A stretch of DNA of 64,000 nucleotides. Origin: the human T2T-CHM13v2.0 reference genome, Homo sapiens. Every line of letters begins with the position of its first letter. Position 1 is the stretch's first letter. The notes under the pieces were generated by a model. It saw nothing but the letters and a program-made list of their open reading frames with translations. It made no database searches and was not told the origin of the DNA. The stretch lies in NCBI RefSeq assembly GCF_009914755.1, contig NC_060931.1. One strand, written 5' to 3'. The translations under genes and the position numbers were made by a program. Of the stretch, positions 42,650 to 53,728 are shown piece by piece.

Positions 42650-44015
42650 TTCTAGAAAGATGGAGTAGACATCTTTTTTCCTTTTCCTCCCACTAAATAT
42701 AGCTAAAAACCCTGGACATTATGTATAAAACAAACATAGGATTCTGAAAGGCAGAAAGAAGGCACAACAGCTGGGTACCTCAAGAGCAAAGGAACAACAA
42801 AGTGGTGAGTTAGCTGGTTTTTTTTTTTTTCTTCCTGTTTCAGATTGAGAACTGGAGAAGTTGGTAGCACAGAAAGGCCAACGGGCTTAGACCTAAAAAA
42901 AAAAAGGGTGGGGGGGTGGGAAACCAAACAAGACTATTCTCTCTAGTATTTAAAGGTATAGGAAAGGTGTAGCTTAGTGAAACAGAAAACTTTTAGAATT
43001 GTAGCCCCACTTCCACCATCAGCAAAGGTTGAGTGGAGTGCCAAGACCTCCACTTTCACCAGGCTGTAGATGTTCCAGGCTCCCCACTGAGGTATCACAG
43101 AAGGCTGGGTGGGGAGCTGGCACTTTCATCCTCACCAGTTGATAGTAAGAACCTCCCTCTTCTACGCTGGTACCCATGAAGACCATGTGGGTAGCCTGGA
43201 CTCCACTCCCACCTGGTGGTAACAAGGCAACCTATCACCAGTGTCAGTGGAGGGTATAGGAGGAGCAGTCATGAGGCTTCCACCTGCATCTGGCAGGAAG
43301 GAGGAGGCATCCTCCCTTTCTACGAAGGAGTGGTGTCAGAGGAATGTTAAAATACAAAATTTAAATAAGAGCCACAGCCTTTTAAATATAATACCCAGAA
43401 TGTCCAAATGTCAATAGAAAAATCATCATCATACTAAGAACTGGGAAGATCTCAACTTGAATGAGAAGACAATCAACAGATGCTAAACACCGAGGTGACA
43501 GAGATGTTAGGATTATTAAGGATTTAAGCAGCCATGAAAAGGTGCTTCAGTGACAATCACAAACATGCTTGAGACAAATGAAAAAACAGGTCTCCACAAA
43601 GAAACACAAGACACAAAGAACAAAATGGAAAGTTTTGAACAAAAAATACAACAGCAGAAACGGTGAACTTAAGCATACAATACTAGAAATTACCCAATCT
43701 GAATAAGAGAAAAAAAAGACTGAAAAAATAAATAGAGCCTTAGGTATGCATCAGACTATAACAAAAATATCTAATATTGGGTCCCTGGAGTCCTAGAAGA
43801 AAAGGAGAATGAAAGTGGAGCGAAATTTTTGTAAAAAGAAAGAATGGCTGAAAATTTCCTGAATTTGGGAAAAAAGAATAAAACTGTAAGTCTCAGATAC
43901 CGAGTGAACCCCAAACAGGATAAACCCAAAGATATATCCATGCCGAGATATATCACAAACTTCTAAAAATTAATGACAAAGAAGAGTTATGAAAGCAGTT
44001 AAGAGAGAAATGATG
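42650..44015 (+). mobile_element. Ancient L1M 5' region / ORF1 remnant
   Basis: A-rich degenerate ORF1-like motifs (GAAATTACCCAATCTGAA, ATGGCTGAAAATTTCCTGAATTTG, AACCCCAAACAGGATAAAC). Confidence 0.65.
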
Positions 44016-45254
44016 CAGGAAATGTACTGATTTTTAGCATTAGAGAACTAAGCTGGTTACATTAAAACTACAGAGAACAGAAATATAAGTATTTGCAAGG
44101 ACCTTAAATTCTTCACTTGATCTCAACTATTTTTAACTCAACTCAGTGAGCTAACATGCACAAGGCATTTACTAGATATCTACAAATTGTGCTGGGCATC
44201 AGAATATTTGCTAATGCCATTCTTGCTGTAACTGCTCCACAGCAGGTGTTATCCCTCATAGAAAATCAAGGAATTTTAGAATTGGAAAGATCCTGGATGG
44301 GCTTCAGCTCTGAAACTAATCTAAAAATGTCAGCATGCATGGGAATTTTCCTAAAGAAAAAGATGATAGCTTTCATCAGATTCTCAAAGGAACTGGTGGC
44401 CTAAAAATGTTAAGAGCCACCATAAGGGTTCTGTTCTTTTCAGGCAAAGCCATATAATCCAACCTAAATAGATGAGAAATGAGGCTATTTTTAGAGGAGG
44501 TGTTCCCCCATCATATCCATCAAAATTCCTGCATGCCACCTCAAGACAATTCTCTACTTTTAAGGGGAAAATAGGGAAATAGCAGTTTTCTAATTCTTTC
44601 TAGGCACTTTTGGAAATACACGTTGACCAAAGAATGTTTGCCTATAGTCTTATTTTGAACATTTTAAAAACAGTACCTGGAGGTGACTAAGTGACTACTG
44701 CACTGTGATTTAAAATGTACTTTAGGTTTGATTTCTCCCATCCCAATGGAAAAGTTGACATGCAAGGAAGCCGCAGCAGCCTTTCTACATCAGCACCCAA
44801 TGGGCTGGAGTATAAGAGATGACAATTGTTCTATAACTTGCATCATTCCTTTTTCCTTCTTTAAAACACACAAAAAAATGCAGGTACAATCAAGCTATAT
44901 TAATTATGAAATGTTTAACTGCCAATTAATTTGAATAAAGACTGTTAGTGCTTCCTCTAGCAAAAAATCGAAACAGCTGTGACAAAAACAAGTGCATTCA
45001 GTTTCCATGTCTTTATTCTGTGATGCTTCTTCACTCCTTGTACACTTTAACCAAAACTTTCATGCAAGCCAAGTCAGCTCACTCTAGAATTACACCATAA
45101 ACAGGACTTTAGGTTGCTAGTGCCTGTTTTTGGATAAAAAATGAGGCTCCCAATGTCATCTGGAGAGCTACAGATTGGAAAATGCATTTTAGGAAAAAAT
45201 TTCACTACTTACCTCCAGTGTGACCCTAAAGTTTGATTTCCTTAGACTACTTTA

Positions 45255-45565
45255 TGCTGGCTACAACTTGAGAATCAAATGAATCACTGAGGACCCTTGT
45301 TAGACATGGAGTTCCAGGCCCCATCTCACAGCTATACAACCAGGAGAAAGACCAGGGAATCAAAAAGTCTTATCAAGTGCCTGGAATGATTCTTGGGCTC
45401 AAGCAAGTTGGCAGTCTTCTTAAATTTGTAATGTGCATACAAATTAACTTGGGCTTTGGAAACGAATGCTGTTCCTGATCCAATTGGTCTGGGTGGGGCC
45501 TGAGATTCTGCATTTCTAACAAGCCCCAGGTGATGTTGCTGGCTTGAAGACACTTTAAGTAGCTA
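45255..45565. mobile_element. MER5-type DNA transposon fragments
   Basis: GGTCTGGGTGGGGCCTGAGATTCTGCATTTCTAACAAGC motif. Confidence 0.75.
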
Positions 45566-45831
45566 GGCCAGAGAGGATATTTCGTTTGGCTGGCGTACAA
45601 ATCAGTTTAAGCCATTTCATTTTCCTTCTATATTTCTAGATTTTCTATCAGGGGCTTCTCTGACCTTAATGCTGCCCAGTTCTCATTATGTCTCTTCAAG
45701 CTACCGCAATCAGTTAACACAAGGCATCCTGCCCTTCTCCACTTAGCTCATATAAAAATCCACAATGGATACAAACAGCCCCAAATAAGAAATGGACACG
45801 AAACATTAACTTATAACATAATGGGTTTATA

Positions 45832-45837
45832 TTTAAT
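45832..45837 (-). terminator. Candidate SMIM30 polyadenylation signal (ATTAAA)
   Basis: ATTAAA on the minus strand about 650 nt after the stop codon, in an AU-rich 3' UTR. Confidence 0.4.
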
Positions 45838-46487
45838 ATAGTACTTCTCATCAGGAGGATGTTACTCAGTTAATATAAAGTTTTTTTTCAAAACATTAAA
45901 TCTCTTTTCCATGTCAATGTCTATAGTTTTTTTTTTAACATTAAATTTTTTTCCGCATTTCAGTATTAGATACACTGAATACATTTTTCTAAATGTTTTT
46001 TCCCTAGAGATAAAAGTTTTCCTTTTTACCTGACTCTCTGATATCTAAATATAATATTAACTTGGGAGACAACAAAACAAAAATCTAATTTAAAAGACTC
46101 CTCAACGATTCAGGAGGCAGTGATTATAACCGAACAGTGGTGATTTCCTAAGATTCTGGGCAAGAACTTCCTTCTTCCTATTTCACATGCTTTGAGAGAA
46201 TTCTAAGATTATGAAATATTACTTATGTAAATTTCAGCCATCTTACTTCTTTGACTACCTAACTAGCAAATTATAGGCTGCATTTTTCTGTGCATTATTT
46301 GTTGTAAAGAAAACATTTTTTTTTCAATTTATAAATGTATGTTTGTTGCCATTTCATGGAAACAATGAAAAATGTGAAACTCCCTTATTTACTGATTCTT
46401 GGAACCTTTCACACACCAAAGCTCAGGTTTAGCCTCTAAAGCGCAAAGGTTTTCAGGGTGAGGTTTGACTCAGTAGGCCTTTCAAAG

Positions 46488-46667
46488 TCACATCTGTCCA
46501 TTTCTTTTTCGTGCATATACCCCCAAGCAGGCACAAATGCCTGTAATGCTGAGAACCACACCTAACAAAAGGGCGATTGCATCACCGGCTTCTACTGCTT
46601 CCACAACAGGCAGCACCAAAAGCAGTGACATGAGGACTAAGGACAACTGTGTTGAAACTGAGGTCAT
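46488..46667 (-). CDS. SMIM30: Small integral membrane protein 30 (59-aa microprotein from LINC00998; also called MAVI1)
   Basis: Manual translation of the minus strand from ATG at 46667 to TGA at 46488-46490 gives MTSVSTQLSLVLMSLLLVLPVVEAVEAGDAIALLLGVVLSITGICACLGVYARKRNGQM*. There is an A at -3 and a splice acceptor (TTTCTAG|G, exon starting 46696) 29 nt upstream of the ATG. It is absent from the ORF track, whose shortest entries are 60 aa. Confidence 0.96.
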   Translation of the reverse strand: MTSVSTQLSLVLMSLLLVLPVVEAVEAGDAIALLLGVVLSITGICACLGVYARKRNGQM

Positions 46668-47156
46668 GATGTTGGAATCTTGAGGGCTGAAGGTTCCTAG
46701 AAATTAAACATGGAAACAAAAAGGAACCATTAAAAATTCCTCCCTTTTCAAATGACAAAATGAACACATGACAAATAACAGGCCAGCCAATCTTTTGGAT
46801 ACTTTATGAATCATTTCCAATCCATCTCCTCATCTTATAGGTGGAAAAACAGAGGGACGTTAAAGACAGTAATTTGAGGTTCATCTCCCTATCTCGTGAT
46901 AACACTCTAAACCCAGGAATTTTCCACGATAATGCCAACACCTCGTGCATCAACCAAACAAAAATTGAACAGGAGTTCATAATTAAGAACAAACAGAAAA
47001 AAAGCACGAGCCACTAACTTGGAAACTTAAAATATCCTAGTGGGTAAAAATTGTACATTTTCTTAGGGTCTCTCCCATCCAAGAAATGCAGACAAATTTG
47101 GCAAAAGTCACACAACATATAACTCTGCGAAGTTGTGGGGAATTAATAAGACTTAC

Positions 47157-47250
47157 CAAAGAAATGGTATATATAGAATTCTATCTGACTTGAAATTTTC
47201 CCTTCCTGGAGCTCCGGATGCTGAGATTAAGAGGTTCCACGTGACACGAC
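47157..47250 (-). other. SMIM30: SMIM30 non-coding exon 2 (94 nt)
   Basis: Minus-strand C-rich pyrimidine tract followed by TAATAG|G acceptor at 47251-47252, and donor G|GTAAGT at 47156-47151. There is no ATG in the exon. Confidence 0.75.
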
Positions 47251-47616
47251 CTATTATTAGCATGGGGGGTGGGGAGGGGGCGGAGAGAAGGATTTAAAAA
47301 TTAATTATTATTACTATTATTATTTTAAAGAGGCAGCTAGAGTCAGTGCAGAGCGTGCAGGCCATATGGACGGTAGGGGGATAGGTAATGAGTTGAGAAA
47401 AGTCTGTCCAACAGGGAACTAGACTTAAAAGTTGGTCAGTTCACCCACACAAGAAAAGGTAAAAAGAAACAGAACAGAGATAATTTCATTTCAGGACTTG
47501 ATATTAAGATTTGAAAAAGAATTCGTACTTTGGCCCGGCAAGGTCCAAATTTGCTCCTGTTTTACAAATACACTGGTGCAACCTAAGTATCCTTTGGAGA
47601 CGAGTTCGTACATTAC

Positions 47617-47800
47617 CTTCTAGGAAGCAGCCATTACAGGAATGGCGAGGAGGGCGGAGTCTCCAAACTACATTTCCCACAATCCCTGCCGCCGCCGACT
47701 CCTATGATGCCCCGGCGCGTTCCCCCTGTAAGTAGCAGAGGGCGTGACGGTCACGCTCTAGCGGAGGCGAAGAGTCGCGAACGCGCGGGACTTCCTTTCC
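47617..47800 (-). promoter_or_regulatory. SMIM30: SMIM30 CpG-rich promoter and exon 1
   Basis: Local CpG cluster at about 47640-47800. Donor AAG|GTAATG with the exon ending at 47617. Motifs: ZNF143/SBS-type ACTACATTTCCCACAAT from 47667, GC box GGGCGGAG at 47652-47659, YY1-like AATGGCG at 47641-47647, and TCGCGA at 47775-47780. The exact TSS cannot be determined from sequence. Confidence 0.8.
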
Positions 47801-50800
47801 CTGCCCAACGTTTTACTATTAAATAGATGGTTTCGTGTGTTTATATAAAAGCTCACTTCAAAATAAAAGAAATGATAGCAAGTGTTTTCTACCCTGTTGA
47901 GTCTGTAAGGCGCACATGTAATTTTGTCTTTTTCTTCGACTGAAATGACACAGCGGGGAGAGAGAACCCAAGTACAGCCCTCTGTTCCGGGTGCTTTTAA
48001 ACCAGTGGCTTCCAACGTTTCTGAAGCAGGAAATCTCTGTCACCATCTTCCTAATGAAACATATGCCATTTATTAATTTTTTAGTCAATGGGGAAAAAGC
48101 GCGGTTAATAAGACATATCGTAAAAGGTTAAAAAACATTTGTAGTGCAAAATAAAGTTTAGGAAAAATGGGTTTAGCCCTGTTGCAGAAGATCTCTCAGG
48201 ATTCAGGTCCTAAAGTGACAATCTATTCAGGAGTGCACTGCGGTGATTCCTTCCCACCTATGTTTTTGTGAAACCTCAGCCCCAAATGTCCCTACATATT
48301 TGTGAAAAGATGTAAAAATACTGCTTTTAAATCATAAAACAAGAATTAGTTATTTGTATATGTAAGTCGTAACCTTTCTGAAAGGCGCTCTTTCAATTGT
48401 CTGCTAATTGTGAACTCCTTACTGAACCTTTCTAGTCATCTGATCTTCTGAACTCTTTCATATTTACTGATTTGAAAATTTATTTGCTATCCTTACATTA
48501 TAAATTATTAATGATGAGGGTTGGGTGTGAAGCCACCTGCCTGGTCTGAAAGTCCCCTGGTTCAGTCTGTTAGATAATGCAGGTACGTTCAGTTCAATGC
48601 CAATAATTAGCATGTATTCTTGTGTTGTCGGTTACCCTTTTTCTTACACGTTCCTAGTCTCTCTAGCAAAGATTTATATTCTTGGCTCCTAACCGGCACC
48701 CAGCAGGTGCTCAGTAATGTTGCCTAATAATAATAATGATTTGACTAGATAAATATGCCAACAAGATCTTATGAGAGACCGAGAGGTGCCAAATAAACCA
48801 AACCAAGGTGACTAGAAAATTGGAAATCTGAGAATAACTGCACAATAACGTCAGCATTGTTTCTCTAACCTTGATTATTTTAACAAGGTTTTGTTCATTT
48901 CATCCTTTGTTTTGAGCTACTTTCGTGCCTTTGTAATCAATTATATTTGGAATAGGAGTTATATTTTTATAGCTTCCAAAATATTCTCTCATATCCTACT
49001 GTGAACATTTTGTTTTTCCCTACATGTTTATTTTTCCTTATGTGTTTATTTTAGTTAGCTGAAGTCAGCAGAGACTACTTTAAAGTTAGTATTGTTACAG
49101 ACTTGTTTCTAGGCACGTCAACATTAAAGATAATGGTTTGGTTTTAAGTTTAAAGAGTCTGTAAGTGGCAAGAAACTTTCTCTTTAAATTATGATGGTTT
49201 TTATTAGTTTGTGAAATATATATTATATTGGGAAATGTCGATCTCGGGGGGCGGGGTTCCAGTAATAGCTGATGTAGTTGCAAGGATTAATTTCTGGAGT
49301 ACCATGAATATGATAATCTCCTTCACTGCTTTGACCTGCTCCTACTGTGTGATTTTTAACATGCCTTCACTCTATCTCAGTGAACTGTTATTTCCTAGCT
49401 GTAAACCAGGTTACATATTTTGGCTAGATTGCTGACCAGGATAATAACTGCCATGTTGTACATGTTTGGTTTCTCTTCTAAAAAAGGCGATGATAGATGA
49501 GAAGCTGCTTCTGTGTCCGTCATCTGCCAACTACAAGTTCTGCCTGTGAACATCTCTGGTAGCAATGTGAACCACCAATTTTCTGAAGCAATGCTACACT
49601 CCCATTTTTCCCAAGCTGTATGAATGTTTCTACAGGCTTCTATGTAGTTGTTCTTTTGACACTAAGTGTCTAGGGTTATAGAATCCATAATTTAGTCTTT
49701 CGATTCAAACAAATCTGCACCTACACCATCCTTTACTGAAATAGAGATCAATGGCACCAATGATACTTAAAGCACTTTACTTTAGTTACTTACCTGAGCA
49801 GTGGAGAGCAAAATTTTCCATCAGTTGTTACCCAGAAATGGTTTCAGGAAAAAAAAAAAAAAAAAAAAGGAAGTGGCTTCTGCTCATTTTTCTGTTAGAA
49901 GTGAGTCATTGGTAGGCCCTGAAGGAAGGCACCTCTGGGATCCATCAGAGGATGCAGGACAGGCCAATATCAGGATTTTGCAGTGACTGGTGTGTGTCAG
50001 GGAATTTATAAAACCCAGACTTCCTCATTAGCAATTGAGCCAAGCCAAGTGAGTCGAAACATTTTACTGGAGCTTCACAATTAAAAAAGACCAACCCAGA
50101 CCTAGTCAGTATTTCCCATCATTAATAGGACTAATCACTGAGAATGTTAGAACTAACTACTCATTAGGTCAAAAGGATGGGAGAAGCTACACTTTCCAGA
50201 GCTGTTCAACTACTGCAGAAAACGTCTCCTGAGGCTAAGTACCTCTTGTACCAGCATTTACAGAAGTGTATGGGAGAGGTGCAAAAGGTCATTTTGGGCA
50301 AAGTTCCAGGCACCACCTAGAGCCCATTATTATGTGGTCCTTACTCCCACTGGTGATCGTCATTTGTCTGTGGGAATCAATCACACACGGAAGCTTGTGG
50401 AGGATGGGGAAGTAGAGAAACCCCACTCATAGGCATGACAGATTCCACTTTTACTTATATTGCTGATCTTCTTGGAGTAGGTTAAAAATTACTGGATATG
50501 ACAAAGTTCTAGTTTTGAAAAGTTGTGACATTATCTATATAGCACTTTATCCGTGGTAATGGACTGATTAAGACAGGGTTTGGAGATCATCAGAGGTTGA
50601 TTCCAAATTTACCTCTGCCACTTTCTAACTCTGTAAACCTGTGCGAATTATCTAACTTCCTGAAACTTGAGTTTTCTCATCTGTAATAAGGGGATCACCA
50701 ATCTTCATAGGGTTGTTAATGCAGATTGAATGAGGTGACATGTAAAGTGGCTCAGTGTGGTCAGTGTAAGTGACACTATTATTGGCAACAGACGACCTTT

Positions 50801-51614
50801 CAGAGATGGAAGTAGCTGATCAAATAATATTTATTAAGTGCTACACAAGGAAATTTAAAATCAGAATTAGCTTACATCATGAGAGATGAACAAACATTTA
50901 TTATGGAAAAAAAGATTTTCTTAGAAAACATGGTTTCATGCTGCATAGGGTCAGATTGATTGATTGACATTTATATTTAACAAACACTTAAAATAGTGAC
51001 TAATATGCACCAGTAACTATTCCACACATTAATAAATATAAGCCCCTCTACTCCTTAAAATAATCCTGTAAACTGGATACTATTATTATTCTCTGATGAA
51101 GAAATTGAGGCATAGTTAAGTAATTTACACCAGGTCACATAACTAGTGAGTGGTATATATCCAGGAAATATGACAAACTTTATACTTTTAATCATTGTCC
51201 ACATACTGTTATGTGGAAAATGTCCACAGGATCAAAAACCATTTTAATTTTCTTTTTAATAAGGTGTTCTAATGTCGCTTAGGAAGCCTAATCATGTTGA
51301 CTACTTGAGGGGTTGCTGGTGTTTGTGTACTTCCCTCTAGGCCCTAGTGTGGTGAATGAGGGGGTGCCAGTATTCACCTAATTTATCAGTGGATTTTGAC
51401 TGAGATTTAATAAATATGTACAAAAAAGTGTTTTTTTAAAAATTGAAGTATATCTGACCCAGGCGCAAAAGCACACATACTAACGAGCATAGATGTTCCC
51501 TGTCAACATAGATTGTGAAATGTTGGAAAATTTCAATTATCATGAAATAACTGAAGTCCATATAATATACAAAATTCAAAAAGAAAGTTAAAGAGACCCT
51601 TTGAAAATCTTTGC

Positions 51615-51756
51615 AAGAAGAAAAGATAACTATTGGGTATTGAGCTTAATACCTGGGTGATGAAAGAATATGTACAACAAACCCCCATGACACGTGTTTA
51701 CCTATGTAACAAACCTGCACATGTGCCCCCAAAGCTCAAAAGTTAAAAAAAAAAAA
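51615..51756 (+). mobile_element. Short 5'-truncated L1PA (old, about PA13-16) 3' end
   Basis: TACCTGGGTGATGAA ... CCCATGACAC ... GTAACAAACCTGCACATG followed by poly(A). 12-bp TSD GAAAATCTTTGC at 51603-51614 and 51757-51768. Confidence 0.9.
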
Positions 51757-53275
51757 GAAAATCTTTGCTAGGGGTCAAGAGTTTAAACTAGTCCCTGCAA
51801 AAATGTAGGGAGGTTACTAACAATTCAGTATGTGCATTTCACAGGGAAATATTAATTCCCCTGTGTAGATCAGGTGCTCATTATGATTAAGAGCTGGTAA
51901 CCATGGAAACAAACAGCATGAAATTTATAAAATTAAAGACATGCTGGATAGAAAATGCAAATAGCCTAGGACAGTGAATCTTGCCCCAACCAGTCTTAGC
52001 TTGATTTCCCTTGAATTGAAAGACTTATGAAATTTCTGTCTGGCCATTTTTTGAGTAAAATCACTCAATTTGAGAAACTGAATTTACACTTTGGATATCT
52101 CACTTTGTTCATTTGATAATACCTTTTTGAGTCAATCTAGACATGTTGCAGTGTATATAAGGCTAGAATGTATTGGTTAGCAGTATCTAGGAAGTGGTTA
52201 CTTTTAAATTGATTCTGGAAGCTTAAATGAGTACTTGAACCTTTTATGTAGACATTTATTGTGAATTTCCAGTTGACATACTGTAAGTGATCAGTCACTT
52301 TTAGTTTCTAAATTTCTTTCTTTTGCTAAATCACATAGGTGGTCCAAGTAGAACACTTTATGGTAAAACATCAGTTTCTGTGTCACGGAATAATTTACTT
52401 ATCTATGAAACGGTGAGTGAGATGGCAATAGTAAAGTTTCTTTACTCTTGCTTGTAATATTTTGATTGTTTATAAATCTATTCCTTGAGACCATTAAGAC
52501 AACAGACTACTTGTCTGTAAATACTCTAAAGTAATGTTGTTTGAATTAAAAATCTTTATAATTTTTAAAATGACAAAAATCTTACTTTCTGCAAGAATAA
52601 GTTTACTCAAGGAGGTTGCCAGATTTTCCATTTTACTTTAAAGATAATTTCTTTATCTTAAAGGTGGAATAGGTTATATTAAAAAGATTGCAACTGGTTC
52701 AGTTGAGGAAAAAGTCCGGTACAACACTATAGTTTCATTTGATTTTGATTTGGACTCATTTTAATGCATTTTACGCTCTCGTATCTCAGGAGAGTCAAAA
52801 TAAGTAATTGACCTCAATCTGACAGCCAGAATGAAGCACTGCTTTTGCGAGCATGCCTATCAACACTCGTGAATGTATTTGTGGTGGCTATATAAGGGAA
52901 GGGACATAATCCTTTCATCTGCCCTGTTTCAGTAACTCCTTAATAGAATACCGTACGTATCTTTGGTGACCAGACATTAAAAGGGACCTACACAGACAGT
53001 AGAGGATCCAGGGAAGAGTGACAGAGTTTATTCAAGTTATCCAAAATTGGTCCTGGAAGAGTGTTCTCAAAGTGTGTTCTGTGTTTCACTTGCATCCCAA
53101 TTATATGGGGAATTTATTTTAAAATGCAAAACTTTAAAATAAGTTCTCCTGGTAGTTCTTAGGTTCATTTGGTCTTAGAGCCTTTGCCATTTTATGGAGG
53201 CTGATTATTTGGGAAGTGGTGACATAGGGGCAACTGAATGACATTAACCTGACGTTAAGTTAATGATGCATTTAA

Positions 53276-53728
<453 letters not shown>

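Noticed and set aside
46582-46767. 61-aa ORF-track entry overlapping SMIM30
   Set aside because: It is in a different frame and starts in the intron upstream of the 46696 acceptor. The real CDS is 46488-46667.
49788-49870. Perfect minus-strand donor CAG|GTAAGT near a poly(T) tract, as a possible upstream exon
   Set aside because: There is no AG acceptor between the pyrimidine tract and the donor, so an exon cannot be defined without transcript data.
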